Below the pieces are notes generated by a model. That model saw only the letters and a list, made by a program, of their open reading frames with translations, had not been told where the DNA came from and searched no databases. Positions 19,508 to 30,479 of a stretch of DNA of 64,000 nucleotides are shown here, piece after piece. The stretch comes from an uncultured Fibrobacterota bacterium (GTDB taxonomy: Bacteria > Fibrobacterota > Chitinivibrionia > Chitinivibrionales > FEN-1185). A program made the position numbers and the translations under genes. The stretch spans positions 64,001 to 128,000 of the forward strand of contig CAVWBU010000019.1 of NCBI GenBank assembly GCA_963753345.1, read 5' to 3'. How positions within the stretch are numbered: position 1 is the first letter of the stretch; each line of letters opens with the position of its first letter.

Positions 19508-19755
19508 CACCAGGTCTCCCTGCCTCTTGGTTTGCCCCACTGTTCTTCCAAAGGTTTATGGCGGGCGGGCATCCTGGCAGCAAGGTCTTTAAGACGATAC
19601 CTGCGCCGGGGAGGGGTGGCGTGTTTTACGACAATTTCACCCTTTCGTACGGAAATGTCGACTTCCTCTCCGACTACGATGCAGGCTTTGCGAAGAACAT
19701 CGCGGGGGAAGCGGAGCCCCTGGCTGTTGCCCCATTTCTGAATTTTCGTGACCAT
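19507..19755 (-). CDS. mazE: MazE/AbrB-family antitoxin
   Basis: KIQKWGNSQGLRFP, C-terminal WGKPRGRETW; overlaps the mazF start. Confidence 0.92.
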   Translation of the reverse strand: MVTKIQKWGNSQGLRFPRDVLRKACIVVGEEVDISVRKGEIVVKHATPPRRRYRLKDLAARMPARHKPLEEQWGKPRGRETW

Positions 19756-19774
19756 CGAATGCCTCCATGACAGT

Positions 19775-19813
19775 GTTTATACCAAGTATATACGCTGCCG
19801 GGCGGGGAGTCAA
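19775..19813 (-). promoter_or_regulatory. sigma70 promoter and autoregulatory palindrome of mazEF
   Basis: Minus strand TTGACT-17 bp-TATACT; imperfect palindrome GTATATACTTGGTATAAAC overlaps the -10. Confidence 0.7.
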
Positions 19814-20766
19814 GAACTACTGCTGGCCAAATACCGCCGTTCGTGTGTTGGAGGATAATACCGACAGGGAATTTCCTTTCTTCCGGCGCTCAGATGAGCA
19901 GGCGCGAAGCACGCAGGGGATATGTCGAATCTGCTCATACAATTCGCTGCGGCAATCGTGCGGGTCTGGTTGATGGAAAGCGACGCCACACCGAACGGTC
20001 CGGTGCATACGCTGTTAAGTTTCGCAACTATTGCAGTGAGACCTGTGGTGTCAACAAGGTTTAGGTACGGCGCATGAAGATAGCCGCATCCGTGTTTTTC
20101 AACCGACCGAATGACGCGGGTGACAGTCTCCCAGAACGGCCAGCTGTCCTGCCGCTCAAAGGGCCGGTGGCTGCAGCCGTAATGGCCGTATTGAACGAAC
20201 TCCACATCGCTCTGCACGCAGGATTCGAGAATTTCTTCGAGGCAATCCAGCCCGTCGCAACTTCCCACGATCGGACACAACCTGCGATACGCGATTCCCG
20301 AGCGCAGCAAGTTCCGGCGGAGGGTATAAATATCGGAGGAAGATTCAACCTTGGCCAGGAATACTGTTTCCCATTCGACAAGCGACCCGATGCCTGACAA
20401 TGCCGCAATGTCCTTCTCGAAATCAGCGGTGGCGGCCTGATTGATGCGGATGCAGTGCCCGCGGCCGTCGGGGGGGCGGCAGGTGAAAAACTGCACAAGC
20501 CGTGCTCGGGCCTGTTCCCGATCCGCCGCGATGCGGACGGATTCGAGGGGCGCTGAAAGATTGTCCTCAAGATCAAGCACCAGCACCCCTCCGGCCCGTG
20601 CAACCATGGAGCCAAGACGATCGATGGTGCTGGGAGTCGGGACAGGCGACCATTGGTACACGCGGCAACCGGCCATTAGAACAATCTCCCGGCGTTGATG
20701 GCAAAATCGTCTATCTGCTTGTGAAGCTGCTCTGCTGTTTGATAATATACTAAGCCCGTTTTGCAT
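19810..20766 (-). CDS. HpcH/HpaI aldolase / citrate lyase beta-like protein (divergent; start uncertain)
   Basis: LVLDLED, IRIN, FLAKVES motifs of the CitE-like TIM barrel. Confidence 0.6.
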   Translation of the reverse strand: MQNGLSILSNSRAASQADRRFCHQRREIVLMAGCRVYQWSPVPTPSTIDRLGSMVARAGGVLVLDLEDNLSAPLESVRIAADREQARARLVQFFTCRPPDGRGHCIRINQAATADFEKDIAALSGIGSLVEWETVFLAKVESSSDIYTLRRNLLRSGIAYRRLCPIVGSCDGLDCLEEILESCVQSDVEFVQYGHYGCSHRPFERQDSWPFWETVTRVIRSVEKHGCGYLHAPYLNLVDTTGLTAIVAKLNSVCTGPFGVASLSINQTRTIAAANCMSRFDISPACFAPAHLSAGRKEIPCRYYPPTHERRYLASSSS

Positions 20767-20969
20767 GTCAACGAAGTCGAAAAGAAAAGGTTTTCTGGTA
20801 GAAAACGCTTTGTTCAGCGTGATGCAAATAACCGAGGAGCGTCACCAGTGCCGCCATTGTTTCTCAACCCCGACTGAACGACTTGATACCTCTGGACGAA
20901 GGCTTTTCCCCAGCGTATCTTAATTACTTGAGAGTCGGGGTTGATGACTACGGAATTGAAGAACCCCGC

Positions 20970-21022
20970 AGCACCGCGACTACGACAGCATACAACACTA
21001 CAGGAGTAGCCGCGACAGCGAA
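20970..21022 (+). repeat. repeat family E copy 1
   Basis: 45/53 identical to the reverse complement of 33867-33919. Confidence 0.7.
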
Positions 21023-21092
21023 CCTCCGGGGAATGCGCTCGCTGTGGGATTCACCGATAAGCAACGAATAAAGAACGGAAGGAGAAACTGCC

Positions 21093-21530
21093 ATGAACCC
21101 GGTCCAAAAGATTGCAGGGATTGATCCCGCAAAGAAAGCGTTTTCACTGGTTGATGAGTTCAAGGCGTTTGCCTTTAAAGGCAATGTCATCGACATGGCG
21201 GTGGGCATCATCATCGGCGCGGCATTCGGGAAAATTATTGATTCCTTTGTCAAGCATATCATCATGCCGCTCATAAGCCTGCTGCTGCCCGCACAGCAGG
21301 GATATCTCAACTGGAAGCTCGTCGTGGGCGTCAAGGAAGTGCCGTACGGCCTGTTCATCGGCGAGGTGGTGAATTTCCTGATCATCGCGGCGGTGCTGTT
21401 TATTTTCATCGTGAAATTCCTGGGGTTTCTCACCAAATCCAGACAGAAAGAAGCGGCTGCGCCCATAGTGATCACTCGGGAAGAGCAGCTTCTTACGGAA
21501 ATCCGCGATCTGTTGCAGAACAGGAAGTAG
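21093..21530 (+). CDS. mscL: large-conductance mechanosensitive channel
   Basis: EFKAFAFKGNVIDMAVGIIIGAAFGKI...LLTEIRDLL. Confidence 0.96.
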   Translation: MNPVQKIAGIDPAKKAFSLVDEFKAFAFKGNVIDMAVGIIIGAAFGKIIDSFVKHIIMPLISLLLPAQQGYLNWKLVVGVKEVPYGLFIGEVVNFLIIAAVLFIFIVKFLGFLTKSRQKEAAAPIVITREEQLLTEIRDLLQNRK

Positions 21531-21608
21531 TCCAAAGCAAACACAGAACTGAACCTGGATGGAACCAGGGCATTCTTCTCGCCTTCCTTAATAGACCAGG
21601 ATAAATAC

Positions 21609-21752
21609 TTGGGCGCCCCGCCGCTTTGCGGCGGCGGCCGTCCTTCCGGTCTCGGCCTCCGGCCTCGGGCCGCCTCGGCCCTATGCCGCGGTAGCGGCGG
21701 GTCCGGGCGGCACCACGCTTTGGCGCGGCCTCCAGTCCTGCCTGGCGCGCGG
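21609..21752 (-). repeat. repeat family A copy
   Basis: TTGGGCGCCCCGCCGCTTTGCGGCGGCGGCCGTCCTTCCGGTC is identical at 40224. Confidence 0.85.
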
Positions 21753-21860
21753 CAGAAGAAGTCTATTCAGTCCGGTTTGTTATTGCGCCAATCGGAATAC
21801 TCAATACAAACCAGGATCTTTTCCCCAATCCTGCTGCCAACTGTCAACTTTCAACTACTC

Positions 21861-22014
21861 TTCGCGGGTGCCCCCACAACCGAAGTGTGATTCTTGCAGC
21901 TGGCCTCTCAAGGGGTGCACCCAGGAGGGGGTAGCGGAGGACTGGCCGTGCATATTTGTGATGCTGGTTTGTAAACTTGCACGGCCGGGCCGGAGCGAGG
22001 GGGATACTTCCCCC
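21861..22014 (+). repeat. repeat family B copy 2
   Basis: Colinear with 6431-6584. Confidence 0.8.
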
Positions 22015-22167
22015 ACCAGATATTTCATTTTTTAAATGGTCTTGAGAGACCTTAAAGGACGAGCCTTGTAATTCCCATCCCGCCTCTATATAATGTTAAT
22101 AGTAAACATAGAGGAATGTAACAACGCTGAGAGCAGGGAAATCGTGTCTTTCAAGAGTTCAATTTCA

Positions 22168-25098
22168 ATGAAATTGCTCAGGCGGCTGGCAAGAAGCCTG
22201 CTTATAGGCTCGGCCATGGGCGTCGGCGTGGCGCTGGCGACCAACTTCTTTGTAAAGGACCTGATCGACAGGCTCGAAAACCAGACCTACTACATGCGGT
22301 ACCGGTGGGAATTCAAGAACCTTGCCGCGGAAAAAAGCAGGGAAAAGGTCGACAACGACAACGGCATCTGCATTGTCGACATCGACGAGCGGAGCCAGCA
22401 CAAGCTCGGGAAATACTGGAACTGGGATCGGTCGTTCCACGCGGACATGATCAACGCGCTTGCAAAGCACGACCCTGCCGCCATCGCGTTCGACGTGATG
22501 TTCTTCGACCCGGACGACCGGAACTACGTCGCGCGCCTGGACAGCCTCATTGCCAAATGCAAAAGCGGGCCGGCTGCCTTCTCCATGCCTCAAAACCTTT
22601 ACAAACCGCTTGTGTCGGCCATAAACTATGATGAGCAATTCATTGAGGCCACGAAAAAGGCCGGGAACGTGTTCCATGCGGTGATGATGGCCGACTCCTC
22701 CGATTACCCCAGTTTCGCCCAGTCGCAGATCCAGCCGAGGACCACCATGGCATGGCACGATTCACTTCATCCGTCCTCGGCTGTTTTGCTTCGTCCGGCA
22801 GTCCGGCGTCAGGTTTACGAAACGAGACATGTGATCGACGGCATTTTTCCCGGGCTCGCGCAGGCCAGCCGGGACATCGGGTGCGTCAACATCCTGCCGA
22901 ACTCCGACGGCGTCATCCGGGCGGTGCCGGTGCTATACGGGTTCGGAGCCAACCCGCCGGTGTATCTGCCCATAAGCGTTCGAATGGTCGCGACGCTGTT
23001 TAAAACCCCCAACCGCGAAATCACGTACAAACCGGGCAGATACCTTGACATAGGGAAACCTTTCAAGGCGTTCAGGGACTCGGCGGGCGCACTCACCTTC
23101 TCCTACCCGAACGTCACCCCGCCGCTGGTGAGGGCCATACTCGGCGCGTCGCCCCGTATTCTGCATTGTGTTCGCGGCAGGCCCGTGGAAGTGAGTTCTC
23201 GTTTGAAAATAAGAAAGGATGCCGGCGGCACCTGTTTCATCGACATGGACTGCGGCTCGTTCCCGGGACCGGTGGCAAAGTCCCTTCTGGGCGCCGGCAC
23301 GAACAGAATTGTCGCTCTGGCCGAGAAGGACTCGCTCGCCATCGGCCCGCAGGTGTTGGTCAAGCGGACCTCCGGCGCCGAATGGACGCTTTCCGCGCCG
23401 CAGATCGACAGCGAATGGACCCTGTCGAGGCTTGATGTGGAGACCATCGGCCGAGTGGACAGCGCGGAGTTTGACGCACTTAAACCGGGCGAGTCGAAAC
23501 TCCTGTTCTATGCGTTTACGGTGAAGAATGTTGATGGAAGGCTCGTTTCGACCCTGCCGGTGATCAACGAGTCGGTGCTCCGCGATCTCTGCGCCACGCC
23601 GTGGAGTGCCATAACCTCGATGGCGCCCGGCGCACGAATGGATTTCGGCGCAACGGTACGAATACCGCTTGTCAAGGACGAAGCGAAGGAAGGCAGAGAC
23701 CTGCATATCGTGACCTATGCCGGGCCCAAGGCCTCGACCTTTGTCCGCTACAGCTACTGGGACGTCATGAAGGACCGGGTCAAGGGCGGGCTCGAAGGCA
23801 AGATCTTTCTCGTGGGCTCCACGGTGCAGGGGCTGTTCGACATCGTGTCCACGCCCATCGACGACCACTATCCCGGCGTGGAGGTGCATGCGTCGCTTGT
23901 CAATTCGTTCCTCACCAACACGTTTGTGCGAAGGCTCTCCGAATGGCAGGATTTCCTCATTTTGCTCCTTGTGGCGATGGTGATCGGCATCCTCACCTTC
24001 TTCCTCAAGCCGGTGTGGGGGGCCATAGTCGGCGCTGCCGCCATTTTCGCATACTTCCTTATCGCCATGACCGTGTTCACCGAAAGCCGCCTGTGGATCG
24101 AGATCGCGCGCCCCATCCTCGCCGTTGTGATCACCTTCAGCGGCGTTATGGTATTGCGCTACATCACCGAGGAAAAGGACCGCAAGTTCCTGCAGAGCAC
24201 GTTCAAGCAATACCTGTCGCCCGAGCTCATCGACATCATGTACAGTTCCAAGCAGCAGCCCAAGCTCGGCGGCGACGAGGGAATCCGCACCGCGTTTTTC
24301 ACCGACATCCAAGGTTTCTCCACCATCTCCGAGAAGCTCGGCTCGCCCTCGCGGCTCGTGGAACTCCTTAACGAGTACCTCACCGAGATGACCGACATCC
24401 TGCTCAGGCATTTCGGAACGCTTGACAAATACGAGGGCGACGCGATCCTCGCGTTCTTCGGCGCGCCCATGCCCATGGACGACCACGCGAAACAGGCCTG
24501 TCTCACCGCGCTCGACATGCAGGCGCGGCTCGCCGATCTGCGCAAAAAGTGGGCCTCCGAGGAGGACAAGTGGCCCGCCATCGTGCATGGGATGCGCATG
24601 CGCGTGGGCATCAACAGCGGGCCCATCGTGACCGGCAACATGGGGTCGAGGACGCGGCTTAACTACACCATGATGGGCGACACCGTCAACCTCGCGGCGC
24701 GGCTGGAAAGCGCGGCGAAGCAGTACGGCGTATTCATCATGATCAGCAACTTTACCTACGAGATGGTGAAGAACGACTTCGAAGTCCGGCAGCTCGACAA
24801 GATCACGGTCGTGGGAAAATCCGAGCCGGTCACGGTGTTCGAGCTGCTGGCGGCAAAGGGGAAGCTTTCGCCCGAACTCGTCGCCATGCGCGACCGGTAT
24901 GCAAAGGGCCTTGCATATTTTTACAAACAGGAATGGGACCAGGCCATGGAGGCGCTTGCCGAATCGGAAAAACTCGAACCGTACCGCGCGTTTGCAGCGA
25001 CCTCTCCGAGCGCGGAGTTCATACGATACTCCCGGAACTACAAGGCGAACCCGCCCGGAAAGGACTGGGACGGGGTTAATAGATTGACGGCGAAGTAG
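22168..25098 (+). CDS. CHASE2-domain class III adenylate/guanylate cyclase
   Basis: IVDIDE, W.R..HA, AFDVMF, DGVIR, GVEVHA; three TM helices; FTDIQGF, DKYEGDA, GNMGS...YTMMGDTVNLAARLES. Confidence 0.92.
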   Translation: MKLLRRLARSLLIGSAMGVGVALATNFFVKDLIDRLENQTYYMRYRWEFKNLAAEKSREKVDNDNGICIVDIDERSQHKLGKYWNWDRSFHADMINALAKHDPAAIAFDVMFFDPDDRNYVARLDSLIAKCKSGPAAFSMPQNLYKPLVSAINYDEQFIEATKKAGNVFHAVMMADSSDYPSFAQSQIQPRTTMAWHDSLHPSSAVLLRPAVRRQVYETRHVIDGIFPGLAQASRDIGCVNILPNSDGVIRAVPVLYGFGANPPVYLPISVRMVATLFKTPNREITYKPGRYLDIGKPFKAFRDSAGALTFSYPNVTPPLVRAILGASPRILHCVRGRPVEVSSRLKIRKDAGGTCFIDMDCGSFPGPVAKSLLGAGTNRIVALAEKDSLAIGPQVLVKRTSGAEWTLSAPQIDSEWTLSRLDVETIGRVDSAEFDALKPGESKLLFYAFTVKNVDGRLVSTLPVINESVLRDLCATPWSAITSMAPGARMDFGATVRIPLVKDEAKEGRDLHIVTYAGPKASTFVRYSYWDVMKDRVKGGLEGKIFLVGSTVQGLFDIVSTPIDDHYPGVEVHASLVNSFLTNTFVRRLSEWQDFLILLLVAMVIGILTFFLKPVWGAIVGAAAIFAYFLIAMTVFTESRLWIEIARPILAVVITFSGVMVLRYITEEKDRKFLQSTFKQYLSPELIDIMYSSKQQPKLGGDEGIRTAFFTDIQGFSTISEKLGSPSRLVELLNEYLTEMTDILLRHFGTLDKYEGDAILAFFGAPMPMDDHAKQACLTALDMQARLADLRKKWASEEDKWPAIVHGMRMRVGINSGPIVTGNMGSRTRLNYTMMGDTVNLAARLESAAKQYGVFIMISNFTYEMVKNDFEVRQLDKITVVGKSEPVTVFELLAAKGKLSPELVAMRDRYAKGLAYFYKQEWDQAMEALAESEKLEPYRAFAATSPSAEFIRYSRNYKANPPGKDWDGVNRLTAK

Positions 25099-25268
25099 AA
25101 AAGTTGACGGTTGTCAGTTGACAGTTGACGGAGAATGCAAGAAAAGAAGTTAAGAGTTAAGAGTGATCTCTGATTAGGGGCATAAAGCAGAATACTATAT
25201 TGATGGACAGCCGACAATCGGGCGGATAGCGGCGCGTAATCCTACTAGAAACCCAAAGGGGGTGCAAT

Positions 25269-25475
25269 ATGATCGAAAAAATTATTTTTTTGCCGTTCTG
25301 GGTGCTGAGAAGGGTCATAGGCCTTGTTCTCTTTGCCGTGCGGCTGGTCTTCGGCACCGGTGCGGGCGCGGTGCGGTTTGTTTTTTCCAGACGGCTGGGG
25401 ACGCTTGTATTGGTTACTCTGGCGTTCCTGGCGGGGAAGAAGTATCTGGAGGAGAATAAGAAGAAGGAAGCATAG
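25269..25475 (+). CDS. small membrane protein, hypothetical
   Basis: 68-aa amphipathic/hydrophobic ORF with a G-rich RBS and a Lys/Glu-rich tail. Confidence 0.5.
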   Translation: MIEKIIFLPFWVLRRVIGLVLFAVRLVFGTGAGAVRFVFSRRLGTLVLVTLAFLAGKKYLEENKKKEA

Positions 25476-25503
25476 AATAATTACAAGCAAGAGTATTCTA
25501 GTA

Positions 25504-25653
25504 GGGGAAGGATCTCCCTCGCTGCGAACCGGCGTGCTGCTCTTATTCATTGCTCATTTTAATCGCGCGCCGGTCCTCCGCTACCCCCTCCTGGGTAGCC
25601 CCCAAGTTGGGCCTGCTGCATGAAACAAACACCTGTGCGGGGGCACCCACGAG
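25504..25653 (-). repeat. repeat family B copy 3 (a short inverted copy lies at 25809-25890)
   Basis: Reverse complement begins CTCGTGGGTGCCCCCGCACAGGTG, as at 6431. Confidence 0.8.
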
Positions 25654-25920
25654 CAGTAGTTGCACTGAAGAATTAATCTCTTAATTCATTCACTGGCGTT
25701 TTTTAGTAATGCGCCGGAGTGAAGCGACAAAGCAATCTACTCTCGATGCTATTCATTTTTATTGTTCTCGCCAATTACCGCAAGTTCATTGCAAATGCTA
25801 CCGCTTTTTCGTGGTGCCCCTGCAGCTGAAGTTACTTTCCTGCAAATCAACTCTCTAGGGGGCTACCCACGAGGGGGCCAGGGGGGACACTAATATATAT
25901 ATTTTTATAAATAATAATAT

Positions 25921-26751
25921 TCATCCCGGATTCGCATAACAATACATGCACCGGTGCAAGCACTTCTGCAAATACGACCCCACATCCCTGCTCTCAAAAC
26001 ACCCGCATCCTTTCCGCGTGGGCTTAAGGAAAAGTTTCGGGTGCACGCCGAACCGGTCTGTCTCGCGCAATAATTCATCGTCAATGCAATGCGCCTGCAA
26101 AATGTCCGGAACAAGGCCCAGGACTTCCGGGTTGCAGCAGTTGTAAAGCTTTATGCCCGCCTTCAGCGTTGCATACAGCAGTTCTTTTCCAAGCGCGGTC
26201 CTCTCCTGTTCATCAAAATCATCAAACAAAACGTCCCTTTTTTTCAACTTTGGATAGTGGCTCATGTACGAGAAATAACAGCGTTTCACGCCGGCCTTTT
26301 CAACGTGGGGTAATATGTCAAAGAAGGCTGAAAAATTGGTGACAACTTGGCCATCTTTCCTTCTGTATTTGCAAATCGGATCAAACCTCCACATCACCCG
26401 TTCCGGTCCCACAAGACCACATAAGCGTGCAAGAGTTTCAAGGCGATCTGTCAAGGGCGCGACATTGGGCTCCAGGTCAGCGCAATCGTTTATAGTGTAA
26501 TGGAAAACCGCATTGTTCTGCTCAATCAGCCTTTCAAAATGTGGGTGCTTGATAAAAGCGGAAAAGTCTTTTGACCAGAAAATATAGCCCAGAACATCAG
26601 CGGGTCTAAGCGAAAGCGTGTATGAGCGGCCGTAGCCCGCATCATAGCTGATTTCACCCTTCTGCCATGCGTCAAAAAACTCATTGAGAAAAAACCGCGG
26701 GACGTCGGTGCGGCGGGAGGCGGAGATGTAGATTGAATGATGAGAAAGCAT
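25921..26751 (-). CDS. DUF1848 family protein
   Basis: ISASRRTDVP, FWSKD, WRFDPI, AHCID, RKGCGC..SRDVGSY..CLHRCMYCYANP. Confidence 0.88.
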   Translation of the reverse strand: MLSHHSIYISASRRTDVPRFFLNEFFDAWQKGEISYDAGYGRSYTLSLRPADVLGYIFWSKDFSAFIKHPHFERLIEQNNAVFHYTINDCADLEPNVAPLTDRLETLARLCGLVGPERVMWRFDPICKYRRKDGQVVTNFSAFFDILPHVEKAGVKRCYFSYMSHYPKLKKRDVLFDDFDEQERTALGKELLYATLKAGIKLYNCCNPEVLGLVPDILQAHCIDDELLRETDRFGVHPKLFLKPTRKGCGCFESRDVGSYLQKCLHRCMYCYANPG

Positions 26752-26776
26752 TTAGAGAAAATATATCGGACAGAAA

Positions 26777-27598
26777 CTACTTCAGTTTTTCCATGAACCT
26801 CTCGTACGCTTTTCCTTCAAGACCTGCGGGTTTGCCTTTGAGAAGTTTGCGGACGGCGGCAATTTCACTTTTTGAAAAGCGCGCCGCATTGAGCACATGC
26901 TCGTCAAACGCGTCAAACGCAATGGGACACACCTTTGTGCTGATTGCATGCAGCACCTTTGCGTATTCACGGATCTCCAATTGCGCGTGCGCGTCGAGCC
27001 TGAGGGCGAGAAAGCGGAACAGGTTGTGCAAATCGATCTGCCAGTACCATTCGGTATAGAGCGACAGCGGCAAATTGATGCGTGCGAGTTCGCGCGCGAT
27101 GTTGTTGTCGAGCAGGTCTTCGTACGTGCCGTACAGTTCCTTCTGGTATTTGGTGAGGATCGCAAGGACCTTTTCCTGCATCGCGGCGGGCACGGTCTCG
27201 GTCGAGCGGCCCTGCTTGTTGCTTTCGCTCTGGAACGCGATGCTGCCTGTTGACGGAAGGTAAAACTCGGATTTCATCACGCTGTACCTGCCCGAAATCT
27301 CGTTGAGCCGCGCGGTGCGGTGCCGTATCCACTGACGCGCAACAAAGATGGGTAGCTTCACGTGGAACGTGAACACCACCTGCTCGAACGGCGAGGTATG
27401 GTCGTTGCGAAGGAGGTAATTGATAAGGCCCTTGTCTTCCCGGAAGGTTTTGGTTCCTTTCCCGTAGGACACCCGCGCGGCCTGTACAATGCGCGAGTCG
27501 TTGCCGAGGTAGTCAACAAGACGGATAAAGCCTTTGTCAAGGACCCTGAATTTCCTGTCGAGGACCTTCTCGGCGGCGGGGGAGATGCAATGCGACAT
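26777..27598 (-). CDS. thyX: FAD-dependent thymidylate synthase
   Basis: AARVSY, HTSPFE, RQWIRHRTARLNEISGRY. Confidence 0.96.
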   Translation of the reverse strand: MSHCISPAAEKVLDRKFRVLDKGFIRLVDYLGNDSRIVQAARVSYGKGTKTFREDKGLINYLLRNDHTSPFEQVVFTFHVKLPIFVARQWIRHRTARLNEISGRYSVMKSEFYLPSTGSIAFQSESNKQGRSTETVPAAMQEKVLAILTKYQKELYGTYEDLLDNNIARELARINLPLSLYTEWYWQIDLHNLFRFLALRLDAHAQLEIREYAKVLHAISTKVCPIAFDAFDEHVLNAARFSKSEIAAVRKLLKGKPAGLEGKAYERFMEKLK

Positions 27599-27720
27599 CG
27601 GTCTGGGTCTCCTGGTTTCATGATTCTGTCAGGACTGTGGAAACTGCGATTATGTGATGAAAATACGAGAAGCCTGCAAAAGAGTGAAGCGGGACGTGCT
27701 GGTCATCTATGGAGATGTTT

Positions 27721-28260
27721 TTAATTTCCGGCCATTGCCATCAGTGCGTTCACGGTTTTCCAATTTCTTGTTGTTGCGATGCAGGACAGTTTCTTTTCGA
27801 AGGCATTGTTGTTGAGTTTAGTCCTGCCGTAGCCGTGGGGAAGACAAAGGAAGATTTCTTTTTCAATGATCTTGAATTCCTCGTCTTTTTCTTTGGGCGT
27901 GACGAGAGAAGTGATGGTCTTCTTATCAGGCGTTTGAGCCAGGAAAGTCACATATAAATACTCGATTTTGGTATTGCCCGATAGAAATGGATTTTCACTC
28001 ACTATTGTTGATAAATCATTTCCGGTCCGTACCACGGCCGGGATTTTAAAACCGAATGTTTTCTGCAATCTTTTCTCAATCATGGATGTGATTTTTCCTG
28101 TTTCGCTTTCCGATGCGTCAAACACGATGTTCCCGCTCTGCACGTAGGTACGGACATCTTTGAATTTGAGGGACTCGAATGCAGAGACCAGGTCGGCCAT
28201 TTTAACTGGTGCTTTACCCCCTAAATTTATTCCGCGGAGTAGTGCTACGAAAGTAGGCAT
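27721..28260 (-). CDS. DUF1697 family protein
   Basis: VALLRGINLGG, TYVQSGN, TTRNWKT. Confidence 0.9.
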   Translation of the reverse strand: MPTFVALLRGINLGGKAPVKMADLVSAFESLKFKDVRTYVQSGNIVFDASESETGKITSMIEKRLQKTFGFKIPAVVRTGNDLSTIVSENPFLSGNTKIEYLYVTFLAQTPDKKTITSLVTPKEKDEEFKIIEKEIFLCLPHGYGRTKLNNNAFEKKLSCIATTRNWKTVNALMAMAGN

Positions 28261-28323
28261 TGTGAAATTGACCTCACAGACTATGCGAATGCGGAAGAAG
28301 ATATAAACGGCAGCATCTCTGTT

Positions 28324-28590
28324 GCCGAGCGTTAGGCCGGACTGGAGGCCGCGCCAGAGCGCGGTGCCGCCCGGACCCGGCCGCGTACTCGCGGCATAGG
28401 GACGAGGCGGCCCGAGGGCGAGCCCGAGACCGGAAGGAGGGCCGACCCGAGCCTGAGCAACACCATGAGCGAAGTTGAAGGGCGAAGGCGAGGGGAACGC
28501 CCATATTCTTTGTTTGGATTACTATTGCAAGGAGGCCGAGGCCGGGGGAGACGACCCTTGGAAGTACCCGACGGGGTAAACTTCTCCCCC
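28324..28590 (+). repeat. repeat family A copy plus a partial downstream module
   Basis: GGACTGGAGGCCGCGCCA..GCGCGGTGCCGCCCGGACCCG, GAGACCGGAAGGA; GACGACCCTTGGAAGTACCCGACGGGG at ~28548. Confidence 0.75.
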
Positions 28591-28612
28591 GCCTCTTTTT
28601 TCTTATGGATTA

Positions 28613-30043
<1,431 letters not shown>

Positions 30044-30139
30044 GATATGTGATCTCCTTGTTGATGGAAGTAAAATGCGAGGGGGAAAAATAGTTCATGC
30101 AGAGGGAAATTCAATACAATCAAGATGGGAAGAATATCT

Positions 30140-30324
30140 GGTGGGGACACCACTTCGTGGTTTCCCCTGGGGTGCAGCTTCCTTCCGCTGAAGATCAGCG
30201 GGAGGCGATCTGCACCCACACCCTTTCCAGCGGAAACGTGCGCGAGGCGCAACGCTTGCGCGTTGCGGGCGTCACGTTTCCGCAACGCCTTCCTGTAGGA
30301 ATGCCGCTACGCGGCATGGAAAAC
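30140..30324. repeat. structured repeat family C, copy 2
   Basis: Homologous to 10695-10901 with covarying stems. Confidence 0.8.
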
Positions 30325-30479
30325 TAAAAAAGGTTCATCGCAGTATCCGGTTGTCTACAACGCGCGGCAGAGGAAATCTCTTCAGTCAAGGCATGTTGTT
30401 GCGCTATCCGGTGAGCGGGGGTGGGTTGCCCGGTCTGATGGATTTCTGCTGTCAACTTTCAACTCTCAACTCTCAACTT

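Noticed and set aside
30044-30330. SAH or SAM riboswitch upstream of ahcY
   Set aside because: I could not recognise the consensus. The structured sequence there is family C, which also occurs before the hydrogenase operon. An Rfam scan is needed to exclude it fully.
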